Assembly: GCA_030141605.1 (NCBI GenBank)
Contig: JAQGDQ010002432.1
Span: 1-43,161, forward strand
Direction: 5' to 3'
DNA length: 43,161 nt
Source: Tubiluchus corallicola
Lineage: Eukaryota; Animalia; Priapulida
The translations under genes were made by a program, and so were the position numbers. Shown in pieces: positions 29,684 through 38,386 of this stretch (positions within the stretch are counted from its first letter, which is position 1; each line of letters starts with the position of its first letter). The notes beneath the pieces are model-generated. The model did no database searches. It was given only the letters and a program-made list of their open reading frames with translations, and had not been told where the DNA came from.

Positions 29684-32221
29684 CTAGCTCTTTTGTGCTA
29701 AAAGTTTTTGAGGTGAATGACTCATAATTTCACCAAAGGTCTTATCATAGTCTTCCTCATAAACTTTTAAGTATTCAACTAAAAAGGCATTGTATACCTT
29801 TTTGGCATCAATGGTCATTTTAAGTTTTTTATAAGTAGCTAACATATAAAACAAAGCAGTTTCGTTAACGGAATCAATGGCAAGCAGGCCTCTGGCTACT
29901 TTAATTAGGTATTGATGTTTATCTGCTTTAAAATATTCTTCCATTGCATTCTCAAACGACCTTATTGATTGATTTTCCAGTACTTGTTTATCTTTATCAA
30001 ATAAATCGAGATCAAAACCTTTTAAAAAGGGACCTTTGTTTAAAATGCGGTATAATATACCTGTCGATGTTTCTGGGGTATCTTTAAAATGCTGCAAATG
30101 GGTGTTAAAATCTAGAAAGTCAATATATATCGCCTCTGAAATAATAAGTTTAAAGGCCGATTTATCATATATTATTTCTAAACCATTCAAATCGGAAGTT
30201 ATTTTTCTTAATTGTGTAATGGTTACATTTTTAAGATTTTTGGCATTATTTTTTTCTTTATCCGGCCAAAGTTTATCGTAAATATCCTGAGAAGAAACAC
30301 CATCCTCTTTGGTTATATTCAGAATTAGCAAAAGCAACAATTGCTTAAGTTTAGGGCTGAACAAATAGGTAATGTCTTTCCCATTTTGGTCAAGCACTTT
30401 AAAATTTCCAAATATTGAAATCGAATTCTTTTTTTGCTCCTGATTTTCACCCAAATCCTTTGAAAGATTTACCTCAGACAACTCCTCTCTGTGACTCTTA
30501 ACTTTTTTATATCTAAAAACCCAAATATAACTAAGCGTAAGGAGCAAAATAAAACTTCCCAAAACTACCACTAACGCTTGCGTATTTTTTTCCTTAATCG
30601 GTTTCCTAATAAAATGATCAGCTGTTACGGGAGGAAAATCTATGGAGTAAATTCTAATGATATTCGATCCATCCAATTCAAACTCTTGTGTAATACAATA
30701 AAGCTCATCGGTTCCTTTATTTAAGTATAAATTGGCGTTTGTTCTTATCCGATCCGAAATCATTGGAATGGTATCTCCAAAAACTGCAGATGCTCCGTCG
30801 TTGATCTTATACTGATGTAATTGCAAATGCGTATTGGATTGGGACTCATTGTAATTTATCGTATAAAAGGATAAACTATCCTCCGATAGTACCATGTTTC
30901 TTGAGCTTACAAAAGTTTCCTCATTACCAAACTCCCAAAGCTTTTTAACCTCAAGAGTATTAAGGTTTAAACGATAACAATCCTTAAAATATTCTTTACC
31001 TAAACTTTGATCTCCTGATTCGTTACCCACCCCAGCAAACAGTAGCACCTCATGCTTTGAGTAATATACCATTCCTGAGAAAAATCTGGGCGATATTTCA
31101 TCACCAAGCAAATCTACTTCATGCCAACTCGATGTATTAAAATCAAAGTAGTTCAAAGCATTACAAAACCGTCGGTTTCCAAATCCACCAAAAATATATA
31201 AACGATTATTTTCGTCATCCACCCAAGAGTTGTGATGGTGCCTTTGCTGTTCAAACTGAGGAGTGGATATGGCATCCCAACCCAAAGTTTCTAAAGAAAG
31301 CGTTGCCATGTTTATTTCACTCGCCACATCATTGAGCTCATACACCACAATCTGTTGCAAAAGTGGCCGCACCAAACTCATGCCTAACCGCATAGGAACA
31401 CCCAACAAATTTTTAGTCGGCATTTTACTAAACTGCTCAGTAATTAAATCGTAAAAACCAATGGAATCTTGCTGGGTAATAATAAGCTTTTGGTTTTGCT
31501 CGTTAAATGAAATTGCAGTGACATCGTTACACCTTATTTGTTTTTTAAGCCTCCAGTGATAGGAGTTGTTAATTAACCAAACAGGGTTTTCAATTGAACC
31601 ATATGCTTTGCCTTCGGCGTTATATACCACATCGCCTTCACTTTTATAGAATGGGAACGAATAAGTTTTATTTTGGCCCGAAACAACCAAGTCTCTAAGT
31701 CGCATGGATGGTACGTCAATCGAGTGGTCTGTTTTTCCAAATATCAATTTTGGTTGGTATCGGACAACTCTAAAAGAATATACCGTTTTAGCTCTGTGCT
31801 GATTTGCATTGAATAGGATTTGATTCTGTTTAAGATCAAATTTTATCCGACACGTAATTTTCCGTTTAGGACCAACTTCATTATCGTCTAGCTTTAGTTT
31901 AATTAAATTTTGTTTGCCTTCCAGGTTTAACCGAAGTTCCGAGACACTATCGTTATAAACATATAATAAAGATAGAATATCTTTATGGTCTAAATTATTA
32001 ATTGATAAAACATAACCAAAGGTTTTCTTCTTTTGAACAGACAATGTAAATGATACGGTAAAGGCCTCTTCAAAAACGGGTTGTTTATATGAAAAAACAT
32101 CATACGATGTTCGTTCATTGATAGATGTTTGGTTGGAGTGAAACAAGATACCCTGGGCATGAATAGTTAAATGAGTCCATACAAGTAGTATTACTGAAAA
32201 GTAAGATTTAAACCTGTTCAT
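29684..32221 (-). CDS. Membrane-spanning PUL regulator: periplasmic Kelch-like sensor, one TM helix, C-terminal SARP/OmpR-like DNA-binding region
   Basis: LYIFGGFG and SPRF Kelch-like repeats; TM ALVVVLGSFILLLTLSYIWVF; ISIFGNFKV...FSPKLKQLLLLLIL...LWPDK...NVTITQLRK; AIDSVNE. Confidence 0.8.
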   Translation of the reverse strand: MNRFKSYFSVILLVWTHLTIHAQGILFHSNQTSINERTSYDVFSYKQPVFEEAFTVSFTLSVQKKKTFGYVLSINNLDHKDILSLLYVYNDSVSELRLNLEGKQNLIKLKLDDNEVGPKRKITCRIKFDLKQNQILFNANQHRAKTVYSFRVVRYQPKLIFGKTDHSIDVPSMRLRDLVVSGQNKTYSFPFYKSEGDVVYNAEGKAYGSIENPVWLINNSYHWRLKKQIRCNDVTAISFNEQNQKLIITQQDSIGFYDLITEQFSKMPTKNLLGVPMRLGMSLVRPLLQQIVVYELNDVASEINMATLSLETLGWDAISTPQFEQQRHHHNSWVDDENNRLYIFGGFGNRRFCNALNYFDFNTSSWHEVDLLGDEISPRFFSGMVYYSKHEVLLFAGVGNESGDQSLGKEYFKDCYRLNLNTLEVKKLWEFGNEETFVSSRNMVLSEDSLSFYTINYNESQSNTHLQLHQYKINDGASAVFGDTIPMISDRIRTNANLYLNKGTDELYCITQEFELDGSNIIRIYSIDFPPVTADHFIRKPIKEKNTQALVVVLGSFILLLTLSYIWVFRYKKVKSHREELSEVNLSKDLGENQEQKKNSISIFGNFKVLDQNGKDITYLFSPKLKQLLLLLILNITKEDGVSSQDIYDKLWPDKEKNNAKNLKNVTITQLRKITSDLNGLEIIYDKSAFKLIISEAIYIDFLDFNTHLQHFKDTPETSTGILYRILNKGPFLKGFDLDLFDKDKQVLENQSIRSFENAMEEYFKADKHQYLIKVARGLLAIDSVNETALFYMLATYKKLKMTIDAKKVYNAFLVEYLKVYEEDYDKTFGEIMSHSPQKLLAQKS

Positions 32222-32643
32222 AGAAAATGTTATGCCTGTGTTCAATTGCTTTTATTATAAAAAGCATAATTACTAAACTTCTTGCTTTTTTAAAAGGTTT
32301 TCAGACTGTAAAAAAAATGAAAAGCACTTACTAGAATTACTCAATTGCCCGAAGTTTATCATTGGATATGGTTGACCAATGGAAACGATGGAAACTAGCA
32401 ATGGGAAGAGGCGTTCTACTTTTTCTACCCATGTAGTGTGAGCATTTTACCATGCCATTCTGGGTTTAAAGGATGAAGGAGTTGGCAAAAAATGGATTCC
32501 GAGATATCCAACAATAAGGACTCCATGCTTCTGCAATAACAGACAATTAATAGCTAACTACCCGAATGAGTTAATTTTAAACCTAAACCTAAGTCAACAT
32601 TACCATTTTATAGAGGACTATCCCACCAGGTTAAGGTATAACC

Positions 32644-32835
32644 TTAAGTATCTCGATTATTATAATAGATTAAGAAAGTCTCCCATTTAATGGCAATGAG
32701 TTTGGGAAGTACTACTTCATACTTTGGAGTGAAGGTGGGCTTTTGTTTTCGATCAGATCCTAGCTTTTTTATGTCATGCACAGATTTTTGCGGCTGCAGG
32801 TATAGCAGCTCATCAAAAAGATCAAGGTTTTTCAT
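32644..32835 (-). CDS. Small hypothetical protein (63 aa)
   Basis: ATG-started ORF in an otherwise empty interval; no motif recognised. Confidence 0.25.
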   Translation of the reverse strand: MKNLDLFDELLYLQPQKSVHDIKKLGSDRKQKPTFTPKYEVVLPKLIAIKWETFLIYYNNRDT

Positions 32836-32987
32836 GTCCTTACAATTCTGGTTTGTCCGTTAAAAAGTTAGGGAAATAAGCTGGAAGAAATGCAATACAA
32901 ATTACAGGAATATTACAAAGGTACAAGGGTGGGATTGTAAGGGTTTGCTTATAAATGGCTATATAAGTTTGTCAATTTCTCGGAAAA

Positions 32988-33056
32988 TGTATTGTAAAAT
33001 GTATTGTAAAAAAATAGGGAGTAACAAATATTGTTTTGTAACTCCCTGATTATTAG
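32988..33056. repeat. Right end of element 2: tandem arm repeats plus an inverted repeat (could also terminate tRNA transcription)
   Basis: (TGTATTGTAAAA)x2; AGGGAGTAACAAA (33016-33028) / TTTGTAACTCCCT (33035-33047); then TGATTATTAG abutting the tRNA 3' end. Confidence 0.75.
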
Positions 33057-33099
33057 TGGAGCCGATCGGGATCGAACCGACGACCTCTTGACTGCCAGT
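33057..33099 (-). tRNA. tRNA-Ala(GGC), 3' half (intact gene or att duplication; cut by the gap)
   Basis: The minus strand reads ACT-GGC-AGTCAAGAGGTCGTCGGTTCGATCCCGATCGGCTCCA: T-loop GTTCGAT, U70 and discriminator A73 as in tRNA-Ala. Confidence 0.85.
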
Positions 33100-33149
33100 N
33101 NNNNNNNNNNNNNNNNNNNNNNNNNNNNNNNNNNNNNNNNNNNNNNNNN
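33100..33149. other. Assembly gap (50 N)
   Basis: Run of N; contiguity across it is not proven. Confidence 1.
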
Positions 33150-33262
33150 AAGGCTGATAGAAAAATTTGCTTTCCCATTATTTCCTTTTTATTCCATTAT
33201 TAGCTATGTTTGTATGTATCAAAATTGATATGCATACAAGTCTGAAACCTCAATAAAATAGC

Positions 33263-34063
33263 ATGATAGGAGCAACTACGGCAGTCGTTCATGACACAAG
33301 AGTATGTAAAAAAGACGGTACATACGCCATAAAATTAAGATTAACCTTTGATAGGGAGCAGAAATATTTTCCTTTGGGAAAGTTTCTAACCAAAGAAGAT
33401 TGGAAATTGTTAAAATCGGGAAAGCACAGAAATAAGGATTTAAAAGAGCTTGAAGTTCACCTTTCGGCGATTGAGAGTAAGGCAGTCAAGATAATTGATA
33501 AGATGGAGTATTTCTCCTTTACTGAGTTTCTGAACCAGTTCAATGGGAAGCCACAAAATAAGTCTTCCGTAATCGATGCTCTTATGGCAAGGCATAAAGA
33601 GCTTATACAAAAAATAGATATAGTACGGCAGTAATTTTTCAATATACAATCAAGGCAATTGAAGATTATTTAGATTTCTTGAATAGAAAAAAACTTACTT
33701 TTTCCTGAAATTAATGCAATCATTAACAAATGGGGAAACAAAAATACTGCTCCTGATGATTATGTTTTTCCAATTCTTTCCGAAAATGACACACTGGAAA
33801 AAGAGTACGCTAAAATACAACAGGCAACAAAAACGATAAATAAATATACTAAGCGTATTGGTAAAGAACTTGGTTTCGAATTGTCGTTAACAACTTATAC
33901 TGCCCGGCATTCATTTGCAACAGTGCTGAAACGTTCAGGAGCACCGGTTGAGTTTATTAGTGAGAGTCTGGGACATAGTAGTTTGCGGACTACTGAAAGC
34001 TACTTAGATACTTTCGAAGATGATACAAAAGAAAGCTATCAACGTAGGTTGCTTGATTTTTAA
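33263..34063 (+). pseudogene. Third integrase, frameshifted and internally deleted
   Basis: Arm domain KKDGTYAIKLRLTF; after ~33705, KWGNK...YVFPI...TYTARHSFATVLKRSG..EFISESLGHS..TTESYLD, closely matching the C-terminus of 159..1436. Inverted repeat 33210-33219/33230-33239 lies upstream. Confidence 0.9.
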
Positions 34064-34376
34064 TTCGCTTACTAATAGGTAGTAAGCACAATTCCGCAAG
34101 CTCAAACCGTTAAACACCGGAATTCAATATTTGCGAAAGATTTTCAAAAGGAAACGGAATCGTTACTTTACGATTATAAAGGTAAAAGACATTAATTTAC
34201 CTACAATTACCTTTATACAAACAGCTTCACTTACTGCATTAACTTTTGAAACGGAATAGAGAGAATCTATCATTTATATCAAGCACAGTAAGTTTTTGAG
34301 TAAAAGCCAGAGAGTATTTAGGGAAGAACCCATTAACGATTTTAGCCACTCAATTGAAGCATTAATACAATTTATT

Positions 34377-35375
34377 ATGCAAATTTATGGAATTGATCTG
34401 TCAAAGGAAAAATTTGATGTTAGTTATCTTTTGGGAAACAAAGAGAAAAGAGAGGTTATACCCAACAACTTTAAGGGTATTTGCTACTTCTTAGAAAGAT
34501 TAACCCAAAGCGCTATCCTGGTAGCGGAACATACCGGGAGCTATGGTGACTTATTGGTACATCTCTGTTATCAATACAAAATTAAAATCGCACTGGCTTC
34601 AGGCTACAGTATCAAGCACAGCCTGGGACTTCAAAGAGGAAAAAGTGATGACATTGATGCCGTTCGTATCCGCAAATACGGGTAAAGATTTGCAGAGGAT
34701 CTGCGTTTTGTAGAACCCAAAGCCGAATCCATTATAGAAATGAAAGGTCTTTACTCCCTGCGTGAACAATTAGCCAAAAGTAGAAAATCCCTCATTTTAG
34801 GTGATGAAGCAAGGTCCCAGGAACCACTTCAAAGCATTGCTGCCCGTAATAGCTTTAAAAAGACGATTACCCATTTAGAAGCTGAAATTAATCTCATTGA
34901 GGCAGAGATTGAAAAAGTTATCCAAGCAGATCCCGAGCTATTTGATAACTATAGGCTCATTGTCAGCATTAAAGGCATCGGCCCAGTCATCGCTAACAAC
35001 TTAATTATCAAAACCGAAAATTTTAAGCGCATATATACAGCCAAAAAAGCTGCGGCATATGCTGGTTTATGTCCTTACCCTAATTCATCGGGGAAGATGT
35101 CATTAAAACCAAAAACAAGTCATATGGCTGATAAAAAATTAAAATCATTGCTATTTCTTGGAGCAAAAACAGCTGTAGCGCATAACAAAGAATTTAGTTT
35201 ATATGCTGAAAGAAAGAAACTTGAAGGCAAACCCTATTATCTGATAATGAATAACGTGTCTAATAAAATGTTAAGGATTGTTTATGGTATTCAAAGTAGA
35301 AAACCATATGATATAAACCATATTTGCAATGATCCAAGGGGAACTAATAAAAGGGAAGTCAAGAGTATCTCTTAA
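34377..35375 (+). pseudogene. IS110 DEDD recombinase with one in-frame TAA (34683-34685)
   Basis: IYGIDLSK, AEHTGSY, KSDDIDA, SIKGIG, AAYAGLCP..SSGK; both ORFs are in the same frame. Confidence 0.9.
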
Positions 35376-35523
35376 TCAAAACCTTAAGCACCTTTCGGCG
35401 TGAGTGTATTCTTCAAACAAAAGGAAGTGGAATAAATTGCCTTTAGCGCAGGAATGTGCGTTTATGCCGAACACTTTTGTTTGAAAAATATACGAGGCTT
35501 ACTTTGCTGATGATTTTGATTAC
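35371..35523 (+). other. Promoter-like long hairpin, copy B, immediately after the IS110 stop codon
   Basis: Stems TAATCAAAA/TTTTGATTA, GTGTATTCTTCAAACAAAAG/CTTTTGTTTGAAAAATATAC and GGAATAAAT/GTTTATGCC; colinear with the reverse complement of 10274-10428. Confidence 0.65.
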
Positions 35524-35800
35524 GTTGCAAAAAAACATCAATTACATTTGGTTTTTAATAGAGTATATAAATAGAGATTGGAAAAATTGGAGGTGTTGAT
35601 GTAGGATTTCAAAATGTTTTAACCGAAGTTTACGTAGGTTAATTCTTTTTGAAATAGGACTGTGTGACGGCAAAAATCAACTCTTTCAATTTTGTAATGA
35701 ACGGTTTATGCCGAACGCTTTTGAAAACCCCGAGGGCTTGTCTTTCGGAAATGTTGGTATTTTGTATAAGGATTTGAGAACCAAATTTTTCCAATTTAAG

Positions 35801-36835
35801 TTATGGTTTTGGAAAATCAACCTCCATTTTCCAGTCCAACTTATTTATAACATTTATTGTGAAATTCTGGATAATTTTGATCATCTCTTCAAACGAGGGA
35901 GAATCTCCATAAATCATTTGTTCCTGCATGGTTTTATAGTCTGCTTCCCAAGCGTTGATAAATACAGGTATGGGTATTGGATTAATTGTTTGTGGCTGAT
36001 GTAAATTGTAATCAACTTCACCAACACGATTATGTAGATATCGATGCTTAACAATGGTCTCGTACAATTCTTTGTCATTAATTGCTTTATGAGCATAATC
36101 TCCATTAATTATTAGTTGATAAATATCATATAAATGACGACTTAATCGTTCTACTCTTATTTTGACATGAGGTCGGTGGAATTCTTCATGCAATAAAAAT
36201 ATTTTTTCAAGAAATGTTCGTTCTGGAATTGCAGTTGGAACATCTATTGGGGCTTCTGCAAATGATGAATCAGCGTAATAATCGTAAAGTAATGAATTAA
36301 TCGATTGAATCTTATTCGGTTCTTTTAATGAGCTACAACTTATTTCGAGTAATATCCTTGGTTGAATATATCCTGGAGAGTCAATAACGTAAGGATAATG
36401 TATTACTATTTTCACCGGGTCAGCATCGCTTGACGTTGGCTCAATGTACGTTAGTTGAACTTCGTCAAAACCCTTTTCTTTAAATTTTGCTTCTAACTCA
36501 GGAAAGAATTTTTGTGAGATATATTTGCCGGTTGCCTTTCGTAAATTTTTAATGCCTGTTCTTGTAAGTTCACCTTTAACTCCCAATAATGCTCGGTCAA
36601 ATGCCAAATCTATATCTTCAGAAAACCTGTTAATTAACCCCCAGGCTTTACTTAGTGATGTTCCACCCTTGAATACCAGAAATTTTCCAATTTCCATTTC
36701 AAAAACGATGTTTAAAGTTTGTACTACCCACCAATCTTTTTCTGCCGCATAAGATGCCATTCCTGCATCTTCGGCTACTTGAGTGTAAGCGTTTATTTTT
36801 GTTTCGGTCGGAATATTGTACCATTCACTGCTCAT
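35801..36835 (-). CDS. abiEii: AbiEii/AbiGii-family nucleotidyltransferase toxin
   Basis: EKDWWV, FKGGTSLSK...RFSEDIDL, RTFLEK, SRHLYD. Confidence 0.92.
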   Translation of the reverse strand: MSSEWYNIPTETKINAYTQVAEDAGMASYAAEKDWWVVQTLNIVFEMEIGKFLVFKGGTSLSKAWGLINRFSEDIDLAFDRALLGVKGELTRTGIKNLRKATGKYISQKFFPELEAKFKEKGFDEVQLTYIEPTSSDADPVKIVIHYPYVIDSPGYIQPRILLEISCSSLKEPNKIQSINSLLYDYYADSSFAEAPIDVPTAIPERTFLEKIFLLHEEFHRPHVKIRVERLSRHLYDIYQLIINGDYAHKAINDKELYETIVKHRYLHNRVGEVDYNLHQPQTINPIPIPVFINAWEADYKTMQEQMIYGDSPSFEEMIKIIQNFTINVINKLDWKMEVDFPKP

Positions 36836-36848
36836 GGGTAATTTTATA

Positions 36849-37454
36849 TTATTTAGTTTTTAAGGCTTGACGCATAATTACCCTTATCCACTCTGGGGCT
36901 AAACGAATATCGTGTTCCAACCGATAGACATCCTCATTCTTCAAATGTCCTAGTATGGTTTGTTTTTCACTTTCAGTTACGTTGTCTTTCCCTATTTCTT
37001 TAAGGGCTTGTATAGCCAAACTACTTATCTCTCCAATGGTAGCCAGGTTTTTAGGGCTGGTTTTTTTGAATACGATTGTACGTTTTCCAATGTTTATTTT
37101 TCTGGCTGCCCCATCGGTAAAGTAGACAACATTCATAGGTATTTGTGTCGATAATCCCAGTACATTTAATGCTAGCACACCTGTTGGAACAATACGTGCT
37201 TTGTCTCTTTTGGCTATGGCTTTTGCAATGGTTTCAGTTCCCGGTTTTACAAGTCCTAAAATGGGATCCTTTTCTAATCGGGCATAAATACCACGTGCCA
37301 CGCGTGAAATATCTCCTTTTTCAACGAGGCGTTCCAATGCTTTAGAGATGGTTTTGTAGTTTCCAAAACGTAAAAAATCTTCAACAAAAAATAGCGAACC
37401 CCCCTTCGCTTTTTTTATTTTTGTTAAAATCTGTATTTCAGCATTATAAGTCAC
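36849..37454 (-). CDS. AbiEi-like antitoxin (DUF6088 type)
   Basis: wHTH ALERLVEKGDISRVARGIY; LGLSTQIP...TDG; directly upstream of the toxin. GTG at 37454 preferred as start. Confidence 0.88.
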   Translation of the reverse strand: MTYNAEIQILTKIKKAKGGSLFFVEDFLRFGNYKTISKALERLVEKGDISRVARGIYARLEKDPILGLVKPGTETIAKAIAKRDKARIVPTGVLALNVLGLSTQIPMNVVYFTDGAARKINIGKRTIVFKKTSPKNLATIGEISSLAIQALKEIGKDNVTESEKQTILGHLKNEDVYRLEHDIRLAPEWIRVIMRQALKTK

Positions 37455-37465
37455 TTGTGTTCTTA

Positions 37466-37504
37466 TTTCTTGTCGCAAATATAGTAAATATTTGCGACAA
37501 GAAA
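37466..37504 (-). promoter_or_regulatory. Perfect 17-bp inverted repeat over the TA promoter
   Basis: TTTCTTGTCGCAAATAT-5nt-ATATTTGCGACAAGAAA; contains TATATTTG (-7 box) on the minus strand at 37483-37476. Confidence 0.8.
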
Positions 37505-37537
37505 CTATTTATGCGAATAATTGCAAATTTAAAAGTC

Positions 37538-38024
37538 AAGTTAACCCGGAAGAGGAACAGGTTTTCCAACTATTTACAAAGCAATGGAGAATAACAATTC
37601 GTCGAAGCCTATATTTGATACTGATAAGCATAGTACATATTTTCTTACAACACTACCTGCTTTTATTCGTGACCAAGTTAGTGGTCATGATAATGAGCTT
37701 ACTATTAACACCTTGAAGGATCTTGTTGATTTCTGTAATATAGAAAGTGACCAAGTTAGTGCTGTAGTAAATGCAACAGTTCATAGTAGAGTCTCTGATA
37801 TTCTAAAATTGTTTTTAACAGCGAAAAAGAGAACAGAATTATTTGAAATGTTGGGAATATCAAACCATTCTACTAATAGGAAGAAATACCTTGACCCATT
37901 ATTAGATTATGGCTGGGTTGAAATGTTATACCCTGAAAGAAAAACAAGTCCGAAGCAGATGTACTACACTACTGTATCTGGCAAAAGATTATTAAGGTTG
38001 TTGATACCTGAGGAAAAGAATTGA
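37538..38024 (+). pseudogene. C-terminal remnant of an HATPase_c_4 / Fic-like-HTH (AlbA_2-type) protein
   Basis: Upstream of the ATG the frame reads GRGTGFPTIYKAMENN...PIFDTD; C-terminal RKKYLDPLLDYGWVEMLYP..KTSPKQ.Y. Confidence 0.7.
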
Positions 38025-38223
38025 AATTCGTGTAGTGCGTTGGTCGAAATTAAGGTAGTAACTCTATTAATTTTAATACTCTGTTACCTAATGTTATTCG
38101 TAACATGTCTGAAGAAATATTTCCTTAAAATATATTAATTAAAAGCTTTTTGTCAGAACGTTTCTCTCTTTGGAAGGGAAAATATCGACAAAAAAGAGTA
38201 AAATTATTTAATTTTTTCGACTC

Positions 38224-38385
38224 TCATTTGCTTGAATAAACAACCGGATCAGCTCCCATTTCCAATTCCAATATACCTCCCTTTACAATTTCATCCAGGC
38301 GCTATCCTAACCACTGGCTTTTCTCCGGTCATATCCATGTATTTCCCACCTACACCGCTACTAATCCTTCGCCCCAGAGTATCTC
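38224..38385 (-). pseudogene. GH92 remnant
   Basis: Fragments LGRRISSGVGGKYMDMTG and DEIVKGGILELEMGADP*; the latter resembles the GH92 C-terminus (compare EDIQEGAEFNFKMGNAP in 17877..20174). Confidence 0.55.
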
Positions 38386-38386
38386 A

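Larger units (their letters stand above)
10600..33056 (+). mobile_element. Defective integrative element 2 carrying a PUL
   Basis: TGTATTGTAAAA at 10701-10712, before the integrase remnant, and in tandem at 32988-33011, next to the tRNA segment. Confidence 0.65.
34262..35570 (+). mobile_element. IS110-family element (ends approximate)
   Basis: Recombinase pseudogene inside; AATAGAG at 34255-34261, 35557-35563 and 35570-35576; the flanks base-pair with each other when the element is removed. Confidence 0.6.

Noticed and set aside
32340-32640. Coding-like stretch with several stops
   Set aside because: Possibly a gene relic, but no family was recognisable.
35507-35513. CTGATGA resembling a hammerhead ribozyme core
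   Set aside because: No GAAA/UH in the required topology; copy A has CCGATGA and the bases pair in a stem.
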